Part shown: positions 47,712-57,939 of the stretch, piece by piece
Position numbering within the stretch: the stretch's first letter is position 1
How the letters are laid out: each line of letters starts with the position of its first letter
Source: Alphaproteobacteria bacterium
GTDB lineage: Bacteria > Pseudomonadota > Alphaproteobacteria > Micavibrionales > Micavibrionaceae
Direction: 5' to 3'
Assembly: GCA_024275825.1 (NCBI GenBank)
Contig: JAJRYK010000020.1
Location: forward strand, 181,861 to 245,860
Length of the DNA stretch: 64,000 nucleotides
Position numbers and translations under genes: made by a program
Notes under the pieces: generated by a model
The model's input: only the letters and a program-made list of their open reading frames with translations
Told to the model about the DNA's origin: nothing
Database searches by the model: none

Positions 47712-47752
47712 GTTTATGCCTTCTGCTTAAACAATTTTTTATTATAAATGAA

Positions 47753-48202
47753 TTACGCACGATCGGATTTAACAATTTCCGTCATGGTGATGCCGAGTTT
47801 ATCCTCAACCACAACAACCTCGCCGCGGGCAACCAGGCGGTTATTCACGTAGATATCGATCGCTTCGCCGACTTTACGGTCAAGCTCAACCACCGCGCCA
47901 CGGCCGAGTTTCAGGAGCTGACTGACCTGCATGGTCGAGCGGCCCAGAACGGCAGAAATTTGCACAGGGATGTCGTAGATGGCTGTTACATCCTCGGCCA
48001 TGGCCTCGCCAATTTCGAAATCTTGTGTCTGGATCTCATTTGGATCAGAGCCGCTGATTTGATCGAGATTCATGCCGGTTTCAGCGCCGTCGGTGTCTTT
48101 CGCACCAGCGTCATCGCCGCCACTTGCGGGCGCTTCATCAAACATTTCGTCGACCGCGCTTTGGTCTACATCGCCGCCTTCTGTATTTTCATCATCACTC
48201 AT
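47753..48202 (-). CDS. fliN: Flagellar motor switch protein FliN
   Basis: C-terminal SpoA domain ISAVLGRSTMQVSQLLKLGRGAVVELDRKVGEAIDIYVNNRLVARGEVVVVEDKLGI. Confidence 0.92.
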   Translation of the reverse strand: MSDDENTEGGDVDQSAVDEMFDEAPASGGDDAGAKDTDGAETGMNLDQISGSDPNEIQTQDFEIGEAMAEDVTAIYDIPVQISAVLGRSTMQVSQLLKLGRGAVVELDRKVGEAIDIYVNNRLVARGEVVVVEDKLGITMTEIVKSDRA

Positions 48203-48977
48203 CGGTTTGCTCCGCTATATTATTCTCTGGTTGCTCTTCTGATGGTTTAAGCTCTTCCGGTTTTTCTGTCGCACTTTGCTCAGTGCTTAAACCGTCAGTA
48301 CGTTCTTCTGCTGCTTCTGCCCCTCCATCATGACTGTTTGTGTCGTCTCCTGCAAGCATCTGCTGTACGGCGCTTTCGATTTCTGTGGCCAGCCTGCCCC
48401 GATCAATGATCGCACCGCCGTCTGTCCAGTTCATTTTACAGGCATGTTGGCCTATATGCTCGTCTCCGTGAACCATGAAAGAGATGCCCAACCCCTTTTG
48501 TGAAAGGGCGGTGAGTGTTTTTTGAACGCCCTCCACCGCATCTGGCGTAACATGAATGCTAATATCTCTTTGGTTTTGAGCGCTTTTGAGTGTTGTGCTT
48601 AGTAGCTGGTTTAATTCTTCGAGCCCATATTTTTCTTCATAAAGAGGGTAAAGTTTTTTGAATAAGCTCAGGCATAGCCCTATAGATTCCTGCTCGAAAC
48701 GTACTTCGCGTTGTGCCTCTTGATCGGTGAGCATTGTCATGTTTTGAGAGATGGTGTGCAGGGCTTGTGCAACTTGTTGTTTTTGGCTGTTTGTTGTTTC
48801 TTCTATGCCTTGCGCCTTACCATTTTCGAAAGCCTTTTTCTTGGCTTGCTCTAACTCGCCTTCCGTAAAAACGGGCGGTAAATCTTCAAGCTCCGCCTCG
48901 TCAACATAGCCTTCGTCAAAAACATTGTTGGTAAAATAAAATTTTTCGTCTTTTTTCTCTATAACGTCACTGGTCAT
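48195..48977 (-). CDS. fliH: Flagellar assembly protein FliH (FlbE-like)
   Basis: 260 aa between fliG and fliN, as in the Caulobacter fliF-fliG-flbE-fliN order. Charged helical N-half. Confidence 0.6.
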   Translation of the reverse strand: MTSDVIEKKDEKFYFTNNVFDEGYVDEAELEDLPPVFTEGELEQAKKKAFENGKAQGIEETTNSQKQQVAQALHTISQNMTMLTDQEAQREVRFEQESIGLCLSLFKKLYPLYEEKYGLEELNQLLSTTLKSAQNQRDISIHVTPDAVEGVQKTLTALSQKGLGISFMVHGDEHIGQHACKMNWTDGGAIIDRGRLATEIESAVQQMLAGDDTNSHDGGAEAAEERTDGLSTEQSATEKPEELKPSEEQPENNIAEQTDE

Positions 48978-48988
48978 GTTTAACGATT

Positions 48989-50014
48989 CTAATAGATCAT
49001 TTCATCTTCGGCATCGCCGGTTGGCATTGTAATTTCACCTCTGGCTTCAAGGTCTTTTGCAACATTCACAATAGCTTGCTGTGCTTCTTCTACGTCTTTC
49101 AGCCTAATTGGACCCATGGCCGCCATGTCTTCTTTCATGATTTTGGCTGCGCGCTCTGACATGTTAGAGAAGAATAGATCGCGCATAGTATCGGTAGAGC
49201 CCTTGAGCGCAACCGGTAGTTTCTCTTTATCTACGCCGCGCACAAGCGTTTGAATGCCAGCAGGATCGAGGCCGGCTAAATCTTCGAATGTGAACATAAG
49301 AGAGCGAATTTTTTCTGCCGCATCGGGTGCACTTTTCTCAAGTTCTTCCATGAAGCGGCCTTCGACTGCGCGCTCCATATTGTTGAAGATCTCGGCGATA
49401 AGCTCGTGGCTGTCTTTCTTTTGTGTTCTGGCCAGATTGGTCATGAATTCTGAGCGCAGTGTTTTTTCAACTTCGTCCAGAATTTCTTTTTGCACGGCTT
49501 CCATACGGAGCATGCGGTGAATGACCTCTAGTGCAAAGTTTTCGGGCAGCATCCCAAGAACGCGCGCGGCATGGTCTGTGGAAAGCTTAGAAAGAACAAC
49601 GGCCACAGTTTGCGGGTATTCTTTTTGCAGGAAGGCAGAGAGCACCTCTTCGTCTACATTGCCCAACTTCTCCCACATGGTCCGACCCGCCGGGCCGCGG
49701 ATTTCTTCCATGATGTTGTCAACGCGGTCGCCCGTGATTCCGGCCTTTTTGAGGAGGCGCTCTGTACTGTCTTGTGTTCCAACCAGCGCGTTTGTGGATG
49801 TCATTTGTTCGGCGAAATCAACAAAAAGGCGCTCAACGATACTGGGCTTAATTTTACCAAGGCCGGACATGGTTTGAGATAGCTCTAGAATCTCTTCATC
49901 ATCCATCAGCTCAAAGATCTTAACGATGTAATTTTCGCCAAGAGACAATAGTAGTATAGAGGCCTTTTCGGGCCCTGATAGAGTTCTATAATCCTCGCGA
50001 ACGCGCATATTCAT
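48989..50014 (-). CDS. fliG: Flagellar motor switch protein FliG
   Basis: 341 aa with [16 protein letters not shown] and MFTFEDL. Confidence 0.93.
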   Translation of the reverse strand: MNMRVREDYRTLSGPEKASILLLSLGENYIVKIFELMDDEEILELSQTMSGLGKIKPSIVERLFVDFAEQMTSTNALVGTQDSTERLLKKAGITGDRVDNIMEEIRGPAGRTMWEKLGNVDEEVLSAFLQKEYPQTVAVVLSKLSTDHAARVLGMLPENFALEVIHRMLRMEAVQKEILDEVEKTLRSEFMTNLARTQKKDSHELIAEIFNNMERAVEGRFMEELEKSAPDAAEKIRSLMFTFEDLAGLDPAGIQTLVRGVDKEKLPVALKGSTDTMRDLFFSNMSERAAKIMKEDMAAMGPIRLKDVEEAQQAIVNVAKDLEARGEITMPTGDAEDEMIY

Positions 50015-50041
50015 CGTTTTAGTATCCTTGTTACAAGCATC

Positions 50042-51694
50042 TTAAGTTTCTTGTGTCATCCAGCTTCTGATAACCGAAACGGTCTCCGTTGGATAATTAT
50101 CAATAATTTCCTCAACCTTCTTGATGGAGGAGGCCTTCACCTTGCCCTCAACACCCTGAATGTTAATCAGAGATTCCTCTGCGCTGTCCTCTTCCGTCTC
50201 ACCACCAGCATAACCGCCACCATCAGAGGGAGCGGCCAGAGCAGGGCTTGTCGGGATCGCGGCAAGCAAGTCGGCCTCTATATCTTCCTCTTTTTCCTGA
50301 ACTTTCACAGCCAGTAGGCGGTTAACCATAGGCTGCACTACGAGCACAAGGATGAGAATGATCATAATGACCATCAGGAAAAGTTCAACCAAATCCAGCA
50401 ATTCAGTTTTTTGGAAGCCGAAGAGCATGTTTTGATCGATAAATTCTTCATTTGTGTCGACTTGTGCAAATTCCATGCTGATCACCTCGATCAGGTCGCC
50501 GCGCTCATCATCAAACCCGACAGAGCCTTTGACCAGAGCGGTGATTTGATCAAGCTCAGCTTGTGGACGAGGCTGGTATGTTTTGAGACCGTCTTCATCA
50601 GTGGCGTAGCGCCCATCAACCAAAATTGCGACGGAGAGTTTTTGCACTTCGCCAACCTCGCGCACTGTGCTGCGAATGGTTTTGCTGATTTCGAAATTGG
50701 TGACCTCTTCGATGCGGTTGCTTTCAAGAGAGGGGGCTGTATCGCTTAATAAATCAGCATTCACAGCAGGAAGATTATTTTCTATGGAGACATCACCGCC
50801 CAGCGCATCACGCTCCGTATTGCTTTCTTCTATAGTTTGAGAGGAGCGCACAACTTGCGTCGCAGGATCAAACAGCTCTTCATTTGTGCTGATCCGGTCG
50901 AAATTCATCTCGGCGGTGACGGTAGCGCGGACCTTACCGAAGCCGACAATGCGGCCGATCTGATCTTCAATTTTTTGCGTCAGGCGCGTTTCAAAGCTGC
51001 GGCGCATTTCCTCGTTCTTCATAGAGGATAGGTTAACGTCATCGCCACCGCCTTTGGCGAGGAGGTTGCCATTATTATCAATGATGGAGACGTTAGAGGT
51101 CTTTAGATCAGGAACCGCAGACGCAACTAGAGATTGTATGGAGGCTATATTTTCTCTAGCGACCGACGCGCCGGGGTAGACGCCAATGAAGACACTGGCG
51201 CTGGCGGAGCGCGATTCCCGGCTAAAGAGTTCGCGCTGTGGTAAAACCAGATGAATGCGCGCACTTCTGACGCCTTCCAGAGAGCTAATTGTGCGTGCCA
51301 GTTCGCCTTCCAAGGCGCGGACTTGATTAATGTTTTGGACAAAGTTGGTTGTGCCAAAGCCGGATTGTTCATCAAAAATCTCATAGCCGAGCGAGCCACC
51401 GTTTGGTAAACCTGATTGCGCAAGCAGCATCCGTGCACGACCAACAGCATTACTGGGCACAAGCATTCTGGAGCCATCAGGGGAAATTTCGTAAGGAATC
51501 TGGTTTTCTTCCAGCGCGCCCGCAATGGCGCTCGCGTCATTATTGTTCAGATCAGTATAGAGCAGCTTCATGTCTGGTGATGAAATGCGTACTGAGATAA
51601 AGATAAAGAACATGACCAAGCCGACAAGGATGCCGCCCATAATGCCAAGGCGGGAGGGGCCTAACTGCTTGAGTGTTTCTGCCAGGTTATTCAA
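50042..51694 (-). CDS. fliF: Flagellar MS-ring protein FliF
   Basis: 550 aa with an N-terminal TM, YscJ/FliF ring domains and a second TM near the C-terminus. Confidence 0.92.
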   Translation of the reverse strand: MNNLAETLKQLGPSRLGIMGGILVGLVMFFIFISVRISSPDMKLLYTDLNNNDASAIAGALEENQIPYEISPDGSRMLVPSNAVGRARMLLAQSGLPNGGSLGYEIFDEQSGFGTTNFVQNINQVRALEGELARTISSLEGVRSARIHLVLPQRELFSRESRSASASVFIGVYPGASVARENIASIQSLVASAVPDLKTSNVSIIDNNGNLLAKGGGDDVNLSSMKNEEMRRSFETRLTQKIEDQIGRIVGFGKVRATVTAEMNFDRISTNEELFDPATQVVRSSQTIEESNTERDALGGDVSIENNLPAVNADLLSDTAPSLESNRIEEVTNFEISKTIRSTVREVGEVQKLSVAILVDGRYATDEDGLKTYQPRPQAELDQITALVKGSVGFDDERGDLIEVISMEFAQVDTNEEFIDQNMLFGFQKTELLDLVELFLMVIMIILILVLVVQPMVNRLLAVKVQEKEEDIEADLLAAIPTSPALAAPSDGGGYAGGETEEDSAEESLINIQGVEGKVKASSIKKVEEIIDNYPTETVSVIRSWMTQET

Positions 51695-52127
51695 TGCTTT
51701 GCGTCCTAATCTTACGTGTTCATTTTTCGTATACTTAAGCGGATACCCAAAAGGATTTTGGGGGCTTTAATACTCAAGGATGTTGCCTATGCAAACCCGA
51801 GGGTATGTCGTGTTGTTGGTGCAATAAATAGGCCAACAGTATTTATTATAATACTTTTTTAATGTTTTTGCTATTCCCCAATGGGGTATTTGAGTAAATT
51901 AATGTAACTTTACATATGAGAGCATCATTTATACTTTCATTATACTTTACTCTCTATTGTAACTTGTATAGTTTCACCTAAATTCCAAGCTTTTATTCTT
52001 GTTTTTACTGAAGTTGTTTTGTCTATGTTTGCAGTAAGTATTCATATTTTTACATTTTTACTATAAAAAAATAAAGTAACCACAAAGCAAAAACTTTATT
52101 TAGTATGTGATTTGAATCACGTATTTC

Positions 52128-52156
52128 TTGACTTTTGAGTTAATTCGGGCTACCAT
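52128..52156 (+). promoter_or_regulatory. Putative housekeeping promoter for the flaG-like gene
   Basis: TTGACT (52128-52133), a 17-nt spacer, then TACCAT (52151-56; GCTACCAT resembles the Caulobacter -10 GCTANAWC). A 14-bp palindrome GTGATTTGAATCAC (52107-52120) lies just upstream. Confidence 0.3.
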
Positions 52157-52224
52157 GATAGTAGGGTAATCTATTTTGATTCTATTTTTGTGAATAGAGT
52201 GTAAAAATAAGTTAGGTAGTAAAC

Positions 52225-52686
52225 ATGATAGAAGCTGTACATTCAGTATTGTCAAACGCACAGGCGGTCCGCGCAAGCGCTGATCAGTCTTCGTCTACAC
52301 GTTCGTTTGCGGCAGACCCAGAGAACAGTGTTTCTGTACCTCAAGCCCCTTATATCAGCCCCTATATTGTTGTGAATGCGAATAATAAGGCTGTTTTGCA
52401 GATCCGTGATTCTGACACAGGTGATGTTCTAACACAATATCCTTCGGAAACACGCTTGCAGGCGCAAAGTGCGGCATTATCTGCTGAGCCTGCTGTTTCT
52501 TCTGGCGGCGGCGGAGTAGAAAGTGCTGGGTCAGGCGATACTACGGGCGTCTCTGTTAGTTTTAGCGTAGATGTGCCATCTTCTGGTGAAAATGTCGCCT
52601 TGGCGCAGGCTGCATCCGCCGCTCTGGCAACAGGTGCGCGCTCCGGGGTTGAAAGCCTGTCCGCAGGCGTGAGTGTGGTTGCGTAA
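52225..52686 (+). CDS. flaG: FlaG-family-like protein
   Basis: 153 aa. The segment AVLQIRDSDTGDVLTQYPSE resembles the FlaG core (xVxxxDxxTGEVIRQIP). Located in the flagellar neighbourhood. Confidence 0.45.
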   Translation: MIEAVHSVLSNAQAVRASADQSSSTRSFAADPENSVSVPQAPYISPYIVVNANNKAVLQIRDSDTGDVLTQYPSETRLQAQSAALSAEPAVSSGGGGVESAGSGDTTGVSVSFSVDVPSSGENVALAQAASAALATGARSGVESLSAGVSVVA

Positions 52687-52715
52687 TCTTCCACATGATT
52701 CAAGAACGTTTCAGC

Positions 52716-52737
52716 AGGCCTTTCGAGGCCTTTTTTA
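52716..52737 (+). terminator. Rho-independent terminator after the flaG-like gene
   Basis: AGGCCT stem, TTCG loop, AGGCCT, followed by TTTTTATT. Confidence 0.6.
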
Positions 52738-52769
52738 TTGCTTAAACGTGCTCAAGCGTGATTGAGTGG

Positions 52770-53204
52770 CTATTCTACTGGGGGAGGGGGCGCTGTTTTT
52801 ATCATTAGTCCGGCTGCGACCTCTTGGTTAATGTTGATCAGAACATTAAATTTCTCTTTCGTCGGGGTGGCAATGATTTCTGTTTCGCGTTTAAAAATGA
52901 AGTTAGCCAAGTTGATAATATTGCTGCGCAGATCATTCGGGCGGTCGCCCTCCGGGTTTTCCAGCGCCGTATCATAAAACATCATCCAAATTTGACGATT
53001 ATGCTTTAGTGTCGCTTCAATAAGGTCGCGATCAGCATCATCCCAGTTATCTTGTAGCTCCTTCATCATCCGCGCAGATTTTAACAAAACGCGCCCCTCA
53101 ACCTCGCGTTGGTCTGGCGTGTGCGTTTGCGCGTGTTGATCGTAAGCCCCGGCGGCTTGTGCGTATGGGTTTTGTGTTGGCGTTTCATTAGGCGGCATTT
53201 TCAA
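52770..53204 (-). CDS. flaF: Flagellin synthesis regulator FlaF
   Basis: 144 aa. YAQAAGAYDQHAQ...REVEGRVLLKSARMMKELQ and the later NRQIW...NLANFIF are collinear with Caulobacter FlaF. Confidence 0.8.
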   Translation of the reverse strand: MKMPPNETPTQNPYAQAAGAYDQHAQTHTPDQREVEGRVLLKSARMMKELQDNWDDADRDLIEATLKHNRQIWMMFYDTALENPEGDRPNDLRSNIINLANFIFKRETEIIATPTKEKFNVLININQEVAAGLMIKTAPPPPVE

Positions 53205-53574
53205 TCAGCTCCTGTTCATGCGCGATAAGCTGTTTGCCGATTTTCATCGCCTTGTAATATACGCCTTCGATAATATATTCGTTAATCTGCATAAAGAAAA
53301 CCATGGAGGAGGGGGATGCCGTTTGCACCTCCCGAACCAAATCAAAATATTTTTCGAAATATTCGCGTGGATTGCGTGCCAAATACATGCATTGGATCAG
53401 GAGGTATATTTTCTTGCACGGGGTATCTGCCGCACTTTCCTGCAGTACATCTTTTTCACGAAGAATGGGGGAGTCACCGGCGATGTGAAGGCGGGTGCGG
53501 TGTTTATCATTGGTGATAACTGCGTCACCAATCAGAATTTTCTCACCGGGTTTTAAATCAATTACGAGGGCCAT
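53188..53574 (-). CDS. flbT: Flagellin translational repressor FlbT
   Basis: MALVIDLKPGEKILIGDAVITNDKHRTRLHIAGDSPILREKDVL...YYKAMKIGKQLI matches Caulobacter FlbT almost block for block. Confidence 0.88.
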   Translation of the reverse strand: MALVIDLKPGEKILIGDAVITNDKHRTRLHIAGDSPILREKDVLQESAADTPCKKIYLLIQCMYLARNPREYFEKYFDLVREVQTASPSSMVFFMQINEYIIEGVYYKAMKIGKQLIAHEQELIENAA

Positions 53575-53833
53575 GGAATTCTTCCTTTCTCTTTACGCTT
53601 TGTTATTTTCATCCTGACAGGGGGGCTGCATTACTTGCGTATTTATCATACGCCGCGCCTCTTGCGTCTAGTCAGTCTTAAAATCACTTTGCCTAAATGT
53701 TGTATGGCTTCTGCCACTTCTCTTTATGCTATCACAATCCTTGTTAAAAAATAGATAATAAAATGATGTTTTCTTTATATAAAATATGAAGTGTTTTTAC
53801 TAGGGCAAATATAGGGCGGCGTATGTCGCATAC

Positions 53834-53866
53834 AAAAAAACCGGAGGCGTTCTGCCTCCGGTTTTT
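53834..53866 (-). terminator. Rho-independent (bidirectional-looking) terminator downstream of the flagellin gene
   Basis: CCGGAGGC/GCCTCCGG 8-bp stem with a 5-nt loop. An A7 run on one side and T5 on the other. It begins about 20 nt past the flagellin TAA at 53886. Confidence 0.8.
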
Positions 53867-53885
53867 GGTATTAAATCTATAAGTC

Positions 53886-55634
53886 TTAGAACAATCTTAG
53901 AACGGATTGCTGTGACTGTGATGCCAATGATAGGGATGTGGTACCCAAGGCCTGGCGTGTCTGCAAGGCCAGGAGGTTCGCACCCTCTTCATTTTGATCG
54001 GCAACGGTGAGGTCACCCGCACCAGCTTCTAGGATGCTGATCGTTTGCTCGGTAAAGTCACGACGTGACTGGATAATGGCCAGATCGTTCGCAATTGAAC
54101 TGCCGAAGCTGCGCACTGAAGATCTTGCCGCGCGTGATTCAGTCGCTGTTGTACCAATCTGCGTGGCTGTTCTGAAGGTTGCTTCGTTCAAGCCCAAGCC
54201 TGCTGAGGTAAATACCTCACCTTAGGTGATCAATGAATTTGTATTATTTTCATTGAAGAAGGTTGTGAGATTATCACCATTCAGAAGGTTAATTCCGCGG
54301 AAGCTTGCATCCTCAACCAGCTGATCTATCTGCACCCGAACACTATTGTAATCACCGGCAAGAGCGTCAAGAGCCGCTGTGCTGGAGTTGAAGCTGACAA
54401 CAAAGTCCTGGTTACCTGCGCCGATATCAAGTGCGACAGTGTTTCCCGCGCGGTCAACCTCTAGGCCGTTGGATATAGGGTCAAGGTTACCTGTTGGGTC
54501 GCCTAGGCCAATATTGGCAAAACCATCAGCGAGCGTTACGGCAGTTACTGTAATGTTTCTAACATCATCCGATAGGGCCGTAATTCTAACCTGTCCAGTC
54601 AAGCTGTCAAATTCAGCGCTGACATCCTCGTTAATGGTGGTGTTGTTGTTGATGGAGTCAACAAAGGATTGGAACGTCCCGCCGTTTGCGGCGATGGTTG
54701 TTGTTGTGCCGTTAATATCAACAGCGAAACCTAAACCAGAAACACCATCGAGAGCCGTGTTTCCGTTAGCATCCTCATATGCGAGGCCCCCAAGAGCGCC
54801 GGTGTTGATTAGATCACCTGCTTCAATGAGGTTGCCCGGTGATTCATACAGCGAGATTGTTGAAACTGTATTACCGGCAACAACGGTTGTTGCTTGAATA
54901 TTTACGGTTTGAAATGCACCGGCCGCAGTTCCGATTGTTCTGTCTTGAAGCGCGAATTGTGTATCAAGCCCAAGAAGCCCAAGCTGGGTATCAATATCAC
55001 CCGTTCCAGCAGCATCAGATGCGGATATGGAGAATGTTCTCCCCCCGACACTTTCGATGACCAGGTTGCCGCTGTCATTAATAGATGCGGTGATTTCACC
55101 ATTTTCAAGATCCGCGAATGTATCGGTAATGGTTGCTGCAAAAGCGTTGATGGTCCCCGCCCCGAGTGCTATTGTTCGGCTAATACGATTTCCGCTATCA
55201 TCGGTGGTTGTGAAGTTAAAGGTTTCCGTACCAAGAACTGTTGCGCCATCCCCTAGAGTGGTTAGGGCGGCGACACCGCTTAAGTCAAGGCTGCTGACAA
55301 TTCTTGCGGAGCCGTCTGATGCGGCAAGCTCGTCTCTGGCTGAGCTAACAATCGCATCCGCTTGGGAAACAAGTGTACTCAAAGCTTCAACCCCTGCGTT
55401 TGCCTCTTCAATTGTCCGAATAGACAGATTGATGTTGTCTAGCAAGCGAGAGAGGTCGCCAGCGCGGTTGCTTAGGGTTTGTGCTGTAAAGAAGCTGCTT
55501 GCATTATCAAGGGCGGAATTGACCTTTAGGCCAGTCGCCAAGCGAAGCTGGGTCGTGTCAATCAACCTTTGTGTGTTCTGCAATGATAGGAGGTTATTCC
55601 GCAACGCGGCGGTTAATACGATATCTGAACTCAT
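53886..55634 (-). pseudogene. Long (583-codon) flagellin interrupted by one in-frame TAA at 54222-54224
   Basis: N-terminus MSSDIVLTAALRNNLLSLQNTQRLIDTTQLRLATGLKVNSALDNAS. After the TAA the same frame continues GEVFTSAGLGLNEATF...GANLLALQTRQALGTTSLSLASQSQQSVLRLF, the flagellin C-terminal domain. The 1749-nt length is divisible by 3. Confidence 0.88.
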
Positions 55635-56120
55635 AGCATGTTTCCTTTCCTAGGTTTATATGCTGTTAACGTGCGTCCTGCAAATGATTCAATACTTGAA
55701 CCATATTCCTATACTATAACAGAAAAATGAACAGAGTGTTAAAAAAATCAGATTCTACCCACGGTTTTGCAGGCCGTGGCGGCGGCGGGGTGTATTATTG
55801 TTGTTTTTCAGGTGGGTAGGCGGTTGGTCACTATAAAAATAAATATGAAAAAAGAAAAGGCGCATCGAAGCAGTTGGGTTCATAGCCACAGATTCTGTTC
55901 TTGTTTCTGCGGTATTTAGGGTCGATCATGCTTTTTGTGAAGCCTGATCTTTTGGGGCATTGCCCGATGCGCCTTGCTGCAAATCGCGTATTTCCATTCT
56001 GGAATTATGCTTCCCGCAGCGACGGAACCTGATTTCCGGGTTAGGGTTTGCGGGTAGCAATCCCGAAATCTAGGGTCCTTAGCTCTTTTTGCCTATATAT
56101 ATGTGTTTATTGTGTCCCCT

Positions 56121-57863
56121 TTATATTCGTATAAGATCCTGTAGCATCTCATCAGCGGTGGTGACGACCTTTGCCGCGGCGCTGAAGGCGCGTTGTGAGA
56201 CGATTAACCGGGCAAACTCATCCGCTAGATCGACGTTGGATTGCTCAAGCGTTGAGGGTTCAACAAAGCCCGCGCCGCCCTCTCCGGCCTCACGTAAGTT
56301 TTCTTCGCCGGAATTTTCTGATTCGCTATAGGCGGTCCCGGACACTTCGGTCAGGCCGTTCGCATTGGCAAAGGTGATAAGCGGGGCTTGATAGAGATCT
56401 GCTGACGCACCGTTTGAGAACCGGGCGACGATAACGCCATCGCGGGTGATTTCAATCCCTGTTCTACGGCCAAGCTCGGCGCCATTTTGGTCAGAGAAGA
56501 TCACATCATAGTTCCCGGAAAACTGAGAGAAGCGCTCAATATCAACCAGAATGCTTTGTGGATCAGAGCCATTGCCCCAATCGATGTTGTTCAGGTCAAT
56601 GTCAATATTGCCGCTGCTGTCGGGTAGGGCATTGATTGTGCCGTCCCCGTTAAAGTTCATCAGGCCGTTACTGACCGTGCTGCCATCGGGGTGGAGAATT
56701 TGAAGCTGCCACCAGCCGCGATTATTGTAGTTCAGATCGCCCGGCAAGCTTTGCGGGGTTGGGAAGCCTTCGGTGCTGTAGGGCGGGGAGTCAGCAAATG
56801 TACCATTGTCGTAGGTTGTGCTGTTTAGGTCGCTTGAAGCGTAGTTGGTTGGCGCTGCTGTGATGCCAAAACCGGCCAAGGCTGAACCTACGGTATCTTC
56901 TAGAGTAATGAATTCAGCGGCGCCTCCAGTGAAGGAACTGCGCTGAATAACCAGCTCACCATTCGCGCCGAGGAAGGCTGTGGCGCCGGCGACATTGGTG
57001 TTAATGTCTGTGATGATATCAAGGACAGTAACAACGGCGACATCCTCTGCACCAGAGGTCGGGTTGCCGACTACGTCGTTGATTTCGTAGGTTCTGACCG
57101 CGCCGCCATCAACGGCAATTGTGAATATATCACCATCAGAGAGGTTAACATCGTTCACCAGACTATCGGTCGCGCTCAGGCTGCCGACTGTGCCGCCTGC
57201 TGTTCCGTGCGGGCCATAGGTTTTTGTGAATTCAAATGTTAGCGTTTGTCCAGCGCCGAGGCTGTCAAACACGGTCAAACCCCGTGTGAAATCTGCCGCA
57301 GAGGTGAGCGCGCCTGCAAGTGTTTGATCAAGCTCGCTGGCATTCAGATTAATGGCAAGCTCTGCCGTAGAGGTCGGGCGCGTTAGGCCGCCGAGGAAGG
57401 CCACGTCAGCCGGGACAAGTGAGCCAAGGTCACCCTGATCAGCAGGAAGATTTCCTGCTGCATCAATAGGCCATGCATATAAAACGAAGCCGGAGGCATT
57501 TCTGAGTAGCCCTTGTGCATCTTCGGAGAATTGGCCTGCTCTGGTATAAAGAAACTCTTGTCCGGAATCTGTTGATCTTTTGACCGAGAAGAAGCCGTTA
57601 CCGGAGATCGCCGCATCTGTGCCGGAGGCGGTTTGCTGCAGCGCGCCTTGCTGATCAACTCTTTGCAGGCGCGATACGGATACCGTGCCCGGTGAGAATA
57701 TTGAGGAGTTGCTTTGCGATGTTACAAGGCTGTTAAAGGTGGCTTCAGAGCGCTTATAGCCAATTGTGCTGATATTGGCGATGTTGTTCGAGATGATCGC
57801 GGTGTTTTGCGATTGTGCGAAAAGCCCCGATACGCCTGTAAAGAGTGATCCGAAAAGTCCCAT
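56121..57863 (-). CDS. flgE: Flagellar hook protein FlgE
   Basis: N-terminus MGLFGSLFTGVSGLFAQSQNTAIISNNIANISTIGYK. C-terminus VDLADEFARLIVSQRAFSAAAKVVTTADEMLQDLI. Confidence 0.93.
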   Translation of the reverse strand: MGLFGSLFTGVSGLFAQSQNTAIISNNIANISTIGYKRSEATFNSLVTSQSNSSIFSPGTVSVSRLQRVDQQGALQQTASGTDAAISGNGFFSVKRSTDSGQEFLYTRAGQFSEDAQGLLRNASGFVLYAWPIDAAGNLPADQGDLGSLVPADVAFLGGLTRPTSTAELAINLNASELDQTLAGALTSAADFTRGLTVFDSLGAGQTLTFEFTKTYGPHGTAGGTVGSLSATDSLVNDVNLSDGDIFTIAVDGGAVRTYEINDVVGNPTSGAEDVAVVTVLDIITDINTNVAGATAFLGANGELVIQRSSFTGGAAEFITLEDTVGSALAGFGITAAPTNYASSDLNSTTYDNGTFADSPPYSTEGFPTPQSLPGDLNYNNRGWWQLQILHPDGSTVSNGLMNFNGDGTINALPDSSGNIDIDLNNIDWGNGSDPQSILVDIERFSQFSGNYDVIFSDQNGAELGRRTGIEITRDGVIVARFSNGASADLYQAPLITFANANGLTEVSGTAYSESENSGEENLREAGEGGAGFVEPSTLEQSNVDLADEFARLIVSQRAFSAAAKVVTTADEMLQDLIRI

Positions 57864-57939
57864 TTTGTAGTCTCCTTTTTTAGTAAAAATATGTGTTTTT
57901 TGTGTTGTGCTATTTTAAATGTTTAATATTTTGTTGTTT

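Noticed and set aside
54222-54224. The two in-frame TAA codons (here and at 7447-7449) could indicate genome-wide TAA reassignment.
   Set aside because: Many clearly complete genes in this window terminate on TAA at the expected position, for example cheB at 543, cheY at 1674, cheW at 2148 and the flagellin itself at 53886. A global recoding is therefore not supported. Local nonsense mutation, sequence error or rare readthrough remain possible.
55689-55703. TGGTTCAAGTATTGA (minus strand) as a sigma-54 promoter for the flagellin.
   Set aside because: The -12 element is TTGA rather than the essentially invariant GC, and the -24 element is TGGTTC. The match is too weak to call.
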